From an uncultured Alphaproteobacteria bacterium (lineage in GTDB: Bacteria; Pseudomonadota; Alphaproteobacteria; UBA11222): 63,009 nt of DNA. A model generated the notes under the pieces. The model did not search any database. It was not told the DNA's origin and saw only the letters and a program-made list of their open reading frames with translations. The stretch is taken from NCBI GenBank assembly GCA_964348545.1, contig CAYGDL010000001.1:1-63009 (forward strand), read 5' to 3'. The position numbers and the translations under genes are program-made. The number at the start of each line of letters is the position of its first letter. The first letter of the stretch is position 1. Shown here piece after piece: positions 40,918 through 53,454 of this stretch.

Positions 40918-42441
40918 TCAATTCGGCCAGACACGGCGCAAAGCCGTGATTACGCCCTTGGCCTGCCGGGGTGTTTGCGTGCGCAGGTAATAATCCTCCA
41001 TGGCCTGGCGGGTTAGCTCGGGTGTGAGCTCCATGGATTTTCGTATCTGTTGCCGCGCCTCGTCCATATGCCCCAATGCCGCCAGAGCGTAAGCTAACGG
41101 AAAATACACCCCTCCATTAGCGGGGTTTAGCTTAATTGAATTACGCGCCGATTGCTCGGCCGGCTGAAAATCGCCAAGCACCAGAAAACAGTAAGCGCGA
41201 AAACCATACGCCAGGTAGGCGAGCGGGTCTTTTGGCGAGAGCCGTAAAAAAACGTCCAGTTGCGTAATGCTTTCCCCGGGTCTGCCCGCGTTTAGAAGCG
41301 CCAGCCCATATGCAATCTGCGCAACGCCGCCACAGGGGTTTAACTCCAGGCTGTGTTCTAGACAGTCTATAGCCTGGGCGGCATGACCAATATGCGCATA
41401 GGCCCATCCGCAATAGCCCAGCACGGCCGGATCATGCGGCGCCAGGCGCATCGACCGGTTGGCGAGTTCCAGTGCCTCGTCAGCGTCTTTCGCCGGATCC
41501 GCGCTGAGACCTTCCAACACACGCATACCAGCTATATAAGCGAGCAGCGCCCAACTCATTGCATAAGCCGGCTCAATCTCCGCCGCCCGGCGCAGCAGCT
41601 TTTCCGCCGCCACAAAAGCCTCTGTCCCCGTGCGCGAAGCATACTGGGACTCCACCTGCACACACAGCACCCAGGCCTGCAAATCTTCCGGCTTGGCCCG
41701 CGCGGCGCGTTTGCCCTCGGCGGCGCTCAGGTTTGAGGCCAGCGCCATCACCAGCCCATTCACCACCTCATCACTGATGGCGAAAATCTCTGCCGTTGGC
41801 CGGTCGATTTTGTCCGCCCAGACATGGTTGCCGGTGGCGGTGTCGATCAACTGCGCGGTGATGCGCAAGCGCTCGCCCATTGGGCGGATGCTGCCCTCCA
41901 GCACATAGCGCACGCCGAGTTCCTTGCCGACCGTGCGGCTGTCAACCGGCTTGCCTTTATAGACAAAGGCGGAATTTCTCGAAACCACAAACAGGCGGCT
42001 GTCGCACGACAGGCCGGTGGTAATATCCTCGGTAATGCCGTCGGCGAAATATTCCTGGCTCTTGTCATCGGACATATTGACGAAGGGCAGCACCGCAATC
42101 GAGGGCTTGCCGGTAACGGCTTCGAGTGCTTCAGTGGCCAACGCGTCGGCAACCACAGGTGCGGCAGCGGGTGCGATGACCGGCGCTCTCCAGATGCGAA
42201 ACAGCGCGCTGCCGGTTATCAGCGCAACGCCCGCGCCAACCGCAATCAGCCGGTAATCCATGGCGGGAAGTGCTGCAAGCAGGCTGTCCAGATTAGCCGC
42301 GTGGAACAAACGCTCAACCCAATGATCGGGCGTAAAGCCGGTCAGCGTCAGAATTACGCCCGCGGTAAACCAGTGCGTCAGATATTCCCGCGCAGTATGC
42401 AGCAGGCGCGTATGCGGCGGCGTTTGGGGATCAGCGGTCAT
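40918..42441 (-). CDS. Membrane-anchored TolB-N-like + TPR repeat protein, paralog B
   Basis: 507-aa ORF with the same architecture as paralog A. The N-terminal ~60 residues are nearly identical (MTADPQTPPHTRLLHTAREYLTHWFTAGVILTLTGFTPDHWV). It also has KPSIAVLPFVNMSDDKSQEYFADGITEDITTGLS and C-terminal TPRs. Confidence 0.75.
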   Translation of the reverse strand: MTADPQTPPHTRLLHTAREYLTHWFTAGVILTLTGFTPDHWVERLFHAANLDSLLAALPAMDYRLIAVGAGVALITGSALFRIWRAPVIAPAAAPVVADALATEALEAVTGKPSIAVLPFVNMSDDKSQEYFADGITEDITTGLSCDSRLFVVSRNSAFVYKGKPVDSRTVGKELGVRYVLEGSIRPMGERLRITAQLIDTATGNHVWADKIDRPTAEIFAISDEVVNGLVMALASNLSAAEGKRAARAKPEDLQAWVLCVQVESQYASRTGTEAFVAAEKLLRRAAEIEPAYAMSWALLAYIAGMRVLEGLSADPAKDADEALELANRSMRLAPHDPAVLGYCGWAYAHIGHAAQAIDCLEHSLELNPCGGVAQIAYGLALLNAGRPGESITQLDVFLRLSPKDPLAYLAYGFRAYCFLVLGDFQPAEQSARNSIKLNPANGGVYFPLAYALAALGHMDEARQQIRKSMELTPELTRQAMEDYYLRTQTPRQAKGVITALRRVWPN

Positions 42442-42536
42442 TCTGACTTCTCCAAAATTTCAGGCGCTTACGATAACCGGCAGATCATTTCTGATCAATG
42501 CGGATGGATACCGTGGGTGACTAAACCACTGTTTCT

Positions 42537-42869
42537 CTATAGTAAAATTAAATAGGCAGCATCAGGATCATCATGCAGAAGATTAATTTGCGCAGCTTGA
42601 CCCCGTAGCATTATTTCTATTTGGCTGGTTGTGCAGTTGCCGCGCCTGATCCATATAACTTTGGGAGGCCAGCCGCGCAGCAGGCTTTTTTCGTGAAAGT
42701 CAGAATCTTTGCTAACCAGTGTGTAGCCATGCTGGCGCGCATACGCCCACACTTCATCATCGCCTGCGCCGCCCAGGCCCAGGCGGTCCACATGGGCCGC
42801 ATCAGAAAATATATCGGCCAGCGCGAAGACCAGCTTTGGCGAAAGGTTCTCATCAAACAGCAGCTTCAC
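42537..42869 (-). CDS. DUF5615 family PIN-like putative toxin
   Basis: MKLLFDENLSPKLV...GAGDDEVWAYARQHGYTLVSKDSDF is typical of DUF5615. The GTG start overlaps the upstream stop (GTGA). Confidence 0.7.
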   Translation of the reverse strand: MKLLFDENLSPKLVFALADIFSDAAHVDRLGLGGAGDDEVWAYARQHGYTLVSKDSDFHEKSLLRGWPPKVIWIRRGNCTTSQIEIMLRGQAAQINLLHDDPDAAYLILL

Positions 42870-43090
42870 GCATTAAATACCAATTGATGGCGTTCGCGAT
42901 CGGCGGCATAGGCCAGGCAGGCGCGGACATCTTCAAGCGTAAGGTAATCCATATCCGCAACGATTTGTTCCGGCGTCATGCCGCCGGCAAGATAATCCAG
43001 TACGTCATATACCGTAATCCGCAGGCCACGGATGCACGGCTTGCCGCCGCGCTTGCCTGGTTCCAGCGTGATGATGTGATGATAGTTCAT
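42866..43090 (-). CDS. DUF433 domain protein (putative antitoxin partner of DUF5615)
   Basis: GGKPCIRGLRITVYDVLDYLAGGMTPEQIVADMDYLTLEDVRACLAYA is the DUF433 core. Confidence 0.75.
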   Translation of the reverse strand: MNYHHIITLEPGKRGGKPCIRGLRITVYDVLDYLAGGMTPEQIVADMDYLTLEDVRACLAYAADRERHQLVFNA

Positions 43091-43178
43091 ATGGCGAACT
43101 CCCTGTTTGGGACGGCTAAGCCACTGAGTATATATGCTCCTTGATTAACATGGTAGACGGCTCGCGCGAAGCAAGGCG

Positions 43179-44708
<1,530 letters not shown>

Positions 44709-44827
44709 GGTCCGCCCTCCGCTAAATATGATTTCTTATCGGGAATGCTAACCGCATTTCGTGGCGCTTGAACAGAACGAAGTGCGCCGCTATCACTGGC
44801 CGATCATTATTTCTGAGGAGAAGCAGC

Positions 44828-45769
44828 ATGGCCCGCGCATTCACATTTCCCGGACAAGGCAGTCAAACTGTTGGTATGGGCAAAGACTTGGCCGACACTT
44901 ATAAAGCAGCGCGTGAACTGTTCGAGGAAGTGGACGAAGCCCTGCAACAGAATCTGTCGCGGCTGATGTGGCAGGGGCCGCCCGAAGAACTGCAACTGAC
45001 TGAGAACGCGCAGCCCGCATTGATGGCGGTCAGCATGGCGATCATGAAGGTGCTGGAGAAAGAGGTTGGCTTTAATCTGGCCGGCAAAGTGAAATGGGTG
45101 GCGGGGCATTCGCTGGGCGAATATTCCGCATTGGCCGCAGCCAAAACCATGAGCGTTGCCGATACGGCGCGGTTGCTGAAACTACGGGGGCAATCCATGC
45201 AGAAGGCCGTGCCGGTCGGTGTGGGGGCCATGGCGGCGCTGCTGGGGGCCGAGCTGGACCAGGCCAAAGCCGCCGCCGCCGAGGGCGCAAAGCTGGGGAT
45301 CTGTCAGGTCGCCAATGACAATGCGCCGGGGCAGGTGGTGATCAGCGGATCTGTCGCGGCGGTTGAAGCGGCCATCGCCTTTGCCAAAACCCTGGGTGTA
45401 AAGCGCGGTATGCTGCTGCCCGTTAGCGCCCCGTTTCATTGCGCGCTGATGCAGCCTGCCGCCGACGCCATGCGCGATGCTCTGGCGAAAACACCCATGA
45501 TCGATCCAGCCATCGCTTTGATCGCCAATGTCACCGCCGCACCGGTCGATGACGCCGAAGAAATCCGCCAACTGCTGGTGACCCAGGTAACCGGCATGGT
45601 GCGCTGGCGCGAAAGCGTGGAATATATGGCGTCTAACGGAATCGATACAATTGTTGAGCTTGGATCAGGAAAAGCGCTGAGCGGCATGGCCAAGCGCATC
45701 AATCCAGATCTCACCCTGCATAGTATATCTTCACCACAAGAGCTTGATGCATTTGTGAAAACGCTCTAA
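44828..45769 (+). CDS. fabD: Malonyl CoA-ACP transacylase
   Basis: FPGQGSQ and GHSLGEYSAL motifs. The start is at ATG 44828, after GAGGAG. Confidence 0.92.
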   Translation: MARAFTFPGQGSQTVGMGKDLADTYKAARELFEEVDEALQQNLSRLMWQGPPEELQLTENAQPALMAVSMAIMKVLEKEVGFNLAGKVKWVAGHSLGEYSALAAAKTMSVADTARLLKLRGQSMQKAVPVGVGAMAALLGAELDQAKAAAAEGAKLGICQVANDNAPGQVVISGSVAAVEAAIAFAKTLGVKRGMLLPVSAPFHCALMQPAADAMRDALAKTPMIDPAIALIANVTAAPVDDAEEIRQLLVTQVTGMVRWRESVEYMASNGIDTIVELGSGKALSGMAKRINPDLTLHSISSPQELDAFVKTL

Positions 45770-45771
45770 TT

Positions 45772-46800
<1,029 letters not shown>

Positions 46801-46860
46801 TCAACGGTCAATTTATACCGGCCGACGTTGGGCAAACACCTTTATTATTTGCGCCGCAAC

Positions 46861-49428
46861 TCAAAATGAGGCGGATACGAAATCCGCTTCATTATCATCC
46901 ATTACGCGCGACGCCGGGATGATGATGATGACGCGGGTGCCGATGCCAGGCTCACTGGTGACGGAAAGCGTGCCTTGATGTTTTTCAATGAATGATTTTG
47001 AAAGCGGAAGGCCCAATCCGGTTCCAGGCTCTGCGGCGGCAATGTGTGAACTGCTCCGCGCCTGGCCGAACGGTTTCATGACCATGGGAATGTCTTCTTG
47101 CGCAATGCCGATGCCCGTATCGGTGACGGTCAAAACCAGATTACCGCCGGTATCCAGGCTCGATTCAACCGTGATGCGGCCGCGCTCCGGCGTAAATTTA
47201 ATGGCGTTGCCCACAATATTGAGCATGACTTGCGTGAAAACGCGCCGGTCGCACCACAAGTCCGGCGCCGCATGCAGGCTGCATTGCAAGGCAATCAGCT
47301 TGGATTCCGCCCGCTCCCGCACGAATCGGAATGTTTTGTCTATAATCGCATCCAGCGGTACGCGATCTTCCTGCAATTCGAGTTTACCGGCCTCGATTTT
47401 CGACAGGTCCAGCACTTCATTAATAAGTTCGAGCAAATGCGTGCCGCTGTTATGGATGTCATTTATATATTCAAGATAACGCTCTGACCCCAGGGGGCCG
47501 AATAATTGGTCACGCATGACTTCGGAAAAGCCGATCACGGCATTGAGTGGGGTGCGGATTTCATGGCTCATATGCGCCAGAAAGTCCGACTTCGCCCGGT
47601 CAGCGGCTTCCGCGCGTTCCCGCGCTTCTCTCAGCGCCTGCTCGTTGCGGATCCGCTCGGTGACGACGCGCGAGACGGAGGAAACCTGTGTGATTTTTCC
47701 CGTGACTGGATCCACTTCAATTGTATTGGTCGCCTCCACCCACTCCCAATGGCCGCTTTTATGGCTCATACGGCACAAATATACTGGATGATCTTCACCT
47801 GCCTCGACGCTCCAGGCGTTATTCGAAATAATAGTTTCGAAATCTTCCGGGTGAATAAAATTACTCAGTGGCCGCCCAATAAACTCGTCCGGGCGATAGC
47901 CGAACAGCCGCTCAACCGAGGGAGAGACATAGAGACATATCGAAGCGGGCGAATAGATGCTGATCATATCGTGCGCATGATCGGCCAGCATCCGGAATTT
48001 TTCCTCGCTTTTGCGCAGCTCTTCTTCGGCCTGGTGCCTTACGCTTATATCCGTAAACGTGCCAATGATGGCGGGTTGCCCTTCATACACCATCTGATTG
48101 GCGGAATAAAACACCCACATGCTCGACCCATCGGGCCGCTTCAGTTGAAACTCAATGTCTTTATATTCTTCCTCTGGAATATCTTTTTCAGCCGTTATTT
48201 TTGCTCCAAGCCTTTCAGCCAATTGCGCATCTGCAAAAAAATCGATCCCGCGGGCGCCTGGCATGTCCGACAAGTTTTTAACACCGGCAAGGTCCAGCGC
48301 AATGCGATTCATATACAGCATCAGCCCATCATCGCGCTTGCTGACGACGATGGGAACAGGCATGCTATCAAGCAGATCACGTAAGCGTACATTAATTTGT
48401 TCTGTCGCTTGCAGAAGTTTTTCGTCGCTTTGACGCCGCGCGTCTTCAGCCACAAGACGCGATGTAATATCCGTGAAAGTGCTAATAACCGCCGGGGCGC
48501 CCTGATATTCTATAAGCGAGGTCGAAAAAAATGCCCAAAAAGTCGAACCATCGGAACGCTTTAGTTGCATTTCAAAATCATGGACACCGCCATGCTGTTC
48601 GATTTCCTTCGCAATTTCGTCCCGTTTTTGCGGATCAACAAAGAAGTTGTATGACAGGAGTGTCCGGTTTTCCATCTGTGGCGGAAGGCCGGTAATGGCA
48701 ATGGTTTTGCTATTATAATAAAGCAGTTTTCCGTCCGAATATCGGCTTACGATAATCGGAACCGGAATTGAATCCAGCAATTCACTCTGGCGGGCATAGG
48801 CGTTGGAGATCAACTCTTTTTGACGCGCCTCCAGATTGGCCAGCACCTGTAACCCGCTGACCTGGTCCGCCGATGCGCGATAGGTTGAGGACACCAGGCG
48901 CGCATGCTTCAGTATGCCGGAAAAGAACGTTATTATTATGAGGCCCTGCACATAATCTATCACCTGTCCTTGCAGCATGATGGCGATGATGATGGGCGTG
49001 ATGGCGGAAATAAAAAAAGCATAGATACATTTCATCGACGGAACGTTGGCGGTGCTCCAGGCGCCAATCAGCAACGCGGCTATCATCACCAGGCGCGGCG
49101 AAATATCCGGTGGCACCGCCAGATAAAGCATGGCGGTGGTGACGCCGACTGTTGAGCCGGCCAGCAGATTGCCTGTCACCAGCCATCTTTCCCAATAATC
49201 CGGGCGCGTATCGCGTGTTTGATCGCGCCAGAAAAGCCAGGTGATGACGGACATGACATGAGAGGCCAGAATCAGAACGGCCCCCGCGATCAGCCCCCAT
49301 TTTGTTGAAATATAAGGCCAGACCATCCATATGGTCAGCAGCGAAACGACTGAGGCCGTCCAGTAGCGCCGCTCGGTTGTCATCAGTCGGTTATTGGCGA
49401 TTTTGATTCTGGTTTCGCTGTCTGTCAT
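46861..49428 (-). CDS. Multi-TM, multi-PAS sensor histidine kinase (no receiver domain)
   Basis: H-box [16 protein letters not shown], ATPase boxes (DTGIGI, GTGLGLPLS), about three PAS-like segments and an N-terminal polytopic region. The start is taken at ATG 49428. Confidence 0.88.
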   Translation of the reverse strand: MTDSETRIKIANNRLMTTERRYWTASVVSLLTIWMVWPYISTKWGLIAGAVLILASHVMSVITWLFWRDQTRDTRPDYWERWLVTGNLLAGSTVGVTTAMLYLAVPPDISPRLVMIAALLIGAWSTANVPSMKCIYAFFISAITPIIIAIMLQGQVIDYVQGLIIITFFSGILKHARLVSSTYRASADQVSGLQVLANLEARQKELISNAYARQSELLDSIPVPIIVSRYSDGKLLYYNSKTIAITGLPPQMENRTLLSYNFFVDPQKRDEIAKEIEQHGGVHDFEMQLKRSDGSTFWAFFSTSLIEYQGAPAVISTFTDITSRLVAEDARRQSDEKLLQATEQINVRLRDLLDSMPVPIVVSKRDDGLMLYMNRIALDLAGVKNLSDMPGARGIDFFADAQLAERLGAKITAEKDIPEEEYKDIEFQLKRPDGSSMWVFYSANQMVYEGQPAIIGTFTDISVRHQAEEELRKSEEKFRMLADHAHDMISIYSPASICLYVSPSVERLFGYRPDEFIGRPLSNFIHPEDFETIISNNAWSVEAGEDHPVYLCRMSHKSGHWEWVEATNTIEVDPVTGKITQVSSVSRVVTERIRNEQALREARERAEAADRAKSDFLAHMSHEIRTPLNAVIGFSEVMRDQLFGPLGSERYLEYINDIHNSGTHLLELINEVLDLSKIEAGKLELQEDRVPLDAIIDKTFRFVRERAESKLIALQCSLHAAPDLWCDRRVFTQVMLNIVGNAIKFTPERGRITVESSLDTGGNLVLTVTDTGIGIAQEDIPMVMKPFGQARSSSHIAAAEPGTGLGLPLSKSFIEKHQGTLSVTSEPGIGTRVIIIIPASRVMDDNEADFVSASF

Positions 49429-49521
49429 CGCCCGTGATCCTCCGCCGCAACGGCGCGTGGCCTGCAAAATCTACAATCCGTAGCGGCTAGTTTGCTTGTA
49501 AATAGTTACTAATTAGTTTCC

Positions 49522-49536
49522 TTAATATTCTGTTAA
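49522..49536. promoter_or_regulatory. TTAA-N7-TTAA (CtrA-box spacing) in the divergent region between the PAS kinase and acyl-CoA DH genes
   Basis: TTAATATTCTGTTAA. This is a motif match only. Confidence 0.25.
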
Positions 49537-49626
49537 TAGAATGGCGTTCCTGGCTGGATGCCAGTAGCAGCCATCACAGTTTCGTCAATTATGTATCATC
49601 AATCGATTATTTGACCGGGAGCAGGA

Positions 49627-50766
49627 ATGCAGTTCGAATTAGACGGCGAGCAGGCGGCGTTTCAAGCAGCTGCGCAAAGCTTTGCGGCGGGCAAACTGGC
49701 GCCAAAAGCCGCCGAATGGGACAAAACCGGGCATTTCCCGGTGGATGTGCTGCGCGAGGCGGCGGCTTTGGGCTTTGCGGGCATCTATGTCAGCCAGGAT
49801 GTGGGGGGGGCCGAGCTGGGCCGGCTTGAATCCACCCTGATTTTTGAGGCTCTATCGGCGGGATGCACTTCAACGGCGGCATTCTTGTCGATCCACAATA
49901 TGGCCTCGTGGATGATCGACCGTTTTGGCGATCCGGCGCAGCGTCAGCGCTGGCTGCCCCGTCTGTGCAGCATGGAACTGATCGCCAGCTATTGCCTGAC
50001 GGAACCTGGGGCCGGTTCGGACGCGGCATCGCTCACCACCCGCGCCATACGCGATGGCGGCGACTATGTGCTAAATGGCGCCAAGTCTTTCATTTCAGGC
50101 GGCGGCGTATCTGATATCTATGTCTGTATGGTGCGAACCGGCGGAGAAGGGCCGGGGGGTATTTCCTGTCTGGTTGTTGAAAAAGGCGCACCCGGCTTGA
50201 GCTTCGGTAAACAGGAAGCAAAGATGGGCTGGCGCAGTCAGCCTACCGCCATGGTGTTATTCGATAATTGCCGTGTGCCCGCCGCCAATCTGATTGGGGC
50301 CGAAGGCGAGGGTTTCAAAATCGCCATGCAGGGGCTGGATGGCGGGCGGCTGAACATTGCGGCCTGTTCGCTGGGCGCGGCGGGGGCCTGTCTTGAACTG
50401 GCCAGGACCTATATGAAGGAACGCCGTCAGTTCGGCAAACGCCTGGCGGATTTCCAGGCGCTGCAATTCAAACTGGCCGACATGGCTACGGAGTTGGAGG
50501 CCGCGCGCCTGTTATTACGCCAAGCCGCCGCGAAGCTTGACGCCAAAGCTGCGGACGCTACGTTATTCGCCGCAATGGCCAAACGCTTTGCCACTGATGC
50601 GGGCTTTAACATTGTCAATGAGGCACTGCAAATTCATGGCGGGTACGGCTATTTAAGTGATTTTCCGCTGGAACGTTTTTTACGCGATGTGCGGGTGCAT
50701 CAAATTCTGGAAGGCACAAACGAGATTATGCGGGTGATTATCAGCCGGGAACTGTTGAAGGATTAG
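49627..50766 (+). CDS. Acyl-CoA dehydrogenase (isobutyryl-CoA dehydrogenase-like)
   Basis: 379-aa ACAD fold ([11 protein letters not shown], catalytic region QIHGGYGY). It is followed by HIBCH-like and mmsB genes. Confidence 0.88.
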   Translation: MQFELDGEQAAFQAAAQSFAAGKLAPKAAEWDKTGHFPVDVLREAAALGFAGIYVSQDVGGAELGRLESTLIFEALSAGCTSTAAFLSIHNMASWMIDRFGDPAQRQRWLPRLCSMELIASYCLTEPGAGSDAASLTTRAIRDGGDYVLNGAKSFISGGGVSDIYVCMVRTGGEGPGGISCLVVEKGAPGLSFGKQEAKMGWRSQPTAMVLFDNCRVPAANLIGAEGEGFKIAMQGLDGGRLNIAACSLGAAGACLELARTYMKERRQFGKRLADFQALQFKLADMATELEAARLLLRQAAAKLDAKAADATLFAAMAKRFATDAGFNIVNEALQIHGGYGYLSDFPLERFLRDVRVHQILEGTNEIMRVIISRELLKD

Positions 50767-50770
50767 GGCG

Positions 50771-51814
50771 GTGAGCAGTGAAGCAGAGGTAGTTTTTGAA
50801 CGGATCGGCAGTCTTGGCGTCATTACGCTGAACCGGCCGGATACGCTGAATGCCCTGACCCTGGGCATGTGCCATGCCATTGAGGCAGAGTTGCGCGTGT
50901 GGCGCGATGACGCCGGGGTAAAGGCCGTAACCATTAAGGGCGCGGGTCGCGCCTTTTGCGCGGGCGGCGATATTCGCGCTTTATATGATTTGGGATTGGC
51001 GAAGGATGAATATCCCTATCGTTTTTACCATGATGAATATCGCCTGAATGCGCTGATCAAGCATTTCCCAAAACCCTATATCGCGCTGATCAATGGGATT
51101 GTCATGGGGGGCGGTGTTGGCGTGTCGGTGCATGGGGCGCACCGCATCGTCAGTGAGAATCTGCGCTTCGCCATGCCGGAAACCGGCATTGGTTTATTTC
51201 CCGATGTGGGCGGCTCCTATTTCCTGTCGCGCTGTCCCGGGCAATTGGGTTTGTTTCTGGCCCTGACGGGGACACGCATCGGCGCGGCGGACGCGCTATA
51301 TTGTGGTATCGCCACGGCCTATGTGCCAGCGGCGCAGTTTGGCGATTTGCAAACCGCATTGGCGAACGCCGTGGCCATTAAAAATATCATTGCGGATTTC
51401 GCGCAAACGCCGCCCGATGAACCTTCTATCGCACAGCATCGCGCGCGCATTGACCGCATTTTTTCCCATGACAGCGTTGAGGAAATTGTGGAGGCCCTGC
51501 TATGGGAAGGCGATGGCTGGGCCTCGCAAACCCGCACAACTATTCTTGGAAAATCGCCAATCAGCAGTAAAGTCGCGTTTCGCCAGCTTCGCGAGGGCGC
51601 GAAACTTGATTTCAACGCCTGCATGCAAATGGAATACCGGTTGGCAAACCGCTTTATCGAAGGACGTGATTTTTATGAAGGCGTGCGCGCGACAGTGATA
51701 GACAAGGGGGAATCCCCGCAATGGTCACCCGATACGCTGGCGGGAATCAGCGGTGCCGATGTGGATGCGTATTTCGCACCGCTAGGCCCGCGCGAACTGA
51801 TACTTGAACAATAA
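50771..51814 (+). CDS. 3-hydroxyisobutyryl-CoA hydrolase-like crotonase family protein
   Basis: 347-aa ORF with AFCAGGDI, PYIALINGIVMGGGVG and AMPETGIGLFPDVGG, plus the extended C-terminal domain typical of HIBCH. Confidence 0.82.
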   Translation: MSSEAEVVFERIGSLGVITLNRPDTLNALTLGMCHAIEAELRVWRDDAGVKAVTIKGAGRAFCAGGDIRALYDLGLAKDEYPYRFYHDEYRLNALIKHFPKPYIALINGIVMGGGVGVSVHGAHRIVSENLRFAMPETGIGLFPDVGGSYFLSRCPGQLGLFLALTGTRIGAADALYCGIATAYVPAAQFGDLQTALANAVAIKNIIADFAQTPPDEPSIAQHRARIDRIFSHDSVEEIVEALLWEGDGWASQTRTTILGKSPISSKVAFRQLREGAKLDFNACMQMEYRLANRFIEGRDFYEGVRATVIDKGESPQWSPDTLAGISGADVDAYFAPLGPRELILEQ

Positions 51815-51826
51815 GGGGCAGGGAAA

Positions 51827-52714
51827 ATGGCGAATATCGGGTTTATCGGATTGGGTAATATGGGGCGGCCCATGCTGCGCAATCTGCTGAAGGCGGGGCA
51901 CAAGGTGCGCGCCTATGACGTTGTGGCGTCTGCGCGCGAAGCTGCGGCGCAGGACGGCGCCTCTGCTGTTAATGAACCCGCCGGTGTTCTTGAGGGCGCG
52001 GATGCGGTGATCACCATGCTGCCCGCGGGCGAGCATGTGCGCGGCGTTTATCTGGGTACGGATGGATTGCTCGCCAGATGCAAAAACCGGTCCATATTCA
52101 TTGACTGTTCAACCATTGATGTGGGCACGGCCCGCGATGTTGCACGCGCAGCAACGGATGTGGGGCTGGAAATGGTCGATGCGCCTGTGTCGGGTGGGGT
52201 AGGGGGCGCGGCGGCGGGCACGCTTACAATCATGGTGGGCGGTGCGGATGCCGCTTTCGCGCGCGCCAAACCTTATCTTGAACCCCTATCCAAATTAATG
52301 GTGCATGCAGGCGGCTCCGGTAACGGGCAGGCGGCGAAAGCCTGTAACAATATGATCCTGGGCGTCACCATGATCGGCGTGTGCGAAGCCTTTGTGCTGG
52401 GTGAAAAGCTGGGCCTTGATCATGAAAAACTGTTTGAAGTAACCGCCAACGCCACGGGGCAATGCTGGACGATTTCGAGCTATTGCCCGGTGCCGGGGCC
52501 GGTGCCGACCTCGCCCGCCAATAATGATTACAAGGCCGGTTTTACAGCGGCCATGATGCTGAAAGACCTGAAGCTGGCCCAACAAGCGGCGCTGGCCACG
52601 GGGGCATCGACCCCGCTCGGCGCAGAAGCCCAGTCGCTTTACAGTCTGTTTAATGCAGCCGGCCATGGCGACATGGATTTTTCCGGCATCATCCGGTTTT
52701 TGCGGGGAAGCTAG
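51827..52714 (+). CDS. mmsB: 3-hydroxyisobutyrate dehydrogenase
   Basis: NAD-binding motif IGFIGLGNMGRPM. It has the size and context of the valine catabolism enzyme. Confidence 0.88.
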   Translation: MANIGFIGLGNMGRPMLRNLLKAGHKVRAYDVVASAREAAAQDGASAVNEPAGVLEGADAVITMLPAGEHVRGVYLGTDGLLARCKNRSIFIDCSTIDVGTARDVARAATDVGLEMVDAPVSGGVGGAAAGTLTIMVGGADAAFARAKPYLEPLSKLMVHAGGSGNGQAAKACNNMILGVTMIGVCEAFVLGEKLGLDHEKLFEVTANATGQCWTISSYCPVPGPVPTSPANNDYKAGFTAAMMLKDLKLAQQAALATGASTPLGAEAQSLYSLFNAAGHGDMDFSGIIRFLRGS

Positions 52715-53304
52715 CCAGAAACGCCAGCGCCGATATTGATCAGGTTTACGGAACTGATGGTGTAAAACAAACTCGCCAGCGTGTCGTCCCCATATCGCGT
52801 GGGGCTATCCGGGTCGGCGGTCATTATCCCCAATAAAATGGCGTTGTCCCGATTTTCGATGTGGACCGGCATCAGGATCATTTCAATTCGCGCGACCCTT
52901 CCGGAGGCATATAATTCATCCCCCGTAAGCACCAAGCCACAGGGATTTCTCAAGGCATGAGAAAAATTTTTCAAAAGTGCTGGATGTTGTTGTGGCGCGA
53001 CCAGATCAAGATAATTCGTATTCGTCGCCTCAAAGCCCCACCGATCAACATTTCCAGTGCCAAACAGGCGGATGCGAAATTGCGCCATCTTCTCGTCTGT
53101 TTCCAGCATGAGCACGCCGGGCAGCAAGCTAATCATATCACCAGGATGAATACTGGACTTTTCCGGCGTCAGTCCTTTCTTGGACAGTTTGAACCAGTAA
53201 TTCAGGAACGCTCCCGTTTTATCATATAAAAAGGTTTTGGATTGCATTTCGCGAAAGCGATGAACAGTCGCTGATCTATGCAATATTCCATTATTATCAG
53301 CCAT
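52711..53304 (-). CDS. PAS_5 (formerly DUF1457) single-domain protein
   Basis: FLNYWFKLSKKGLTPEKSSIHPGDMISLLPGVLMLE...FRIRLFGTG fits the ~190-aa alphaproteobacterial PAS_5 family pattern. Confidence 0.65.
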   Translation of the reverse strand: MADNNGILHRSATVHRFREMQSKTFLYDKTGAFLNYWFKLSKKGLTPEKSSIHPGDMISLLPGVLMLETDEKMAQFRIRLFGTGNVDRWGFEATNTNYLDLVAPQQHPALLKNFSHALRNPCGLVLTGDELYASGRVARIEMILMPVHIENRDNAILLGIMTADPDSPTRYGDDTLASLFYTISSVNLINIGAGVSG

Positions 53305-53454
53305 CAGACAAAGCTCACTTGATTTAACTCTCAGTCATTCCCGGACTTACGGGCTTGATCGGTAATTTCCGGGAGATAAGCACATATTTCACCTTGGTGT
53401 AAAAGCGATTCAGACCATTATGTGACGGTCGTTACACAAGAGCAAAATTGGCAA

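Noticed and set aside
42442-42536. Integron-like cassette structure (attC sites) that could explain the alternating TA/TPR array.
   Set aside because: The inter-gene spacers show no RYYYAAC/GTTRRRY core pairs or imperfect attC palindromes. There is no intI gene in the window, and one junction is a 1-nt gene overlap that leaves no room for attC.
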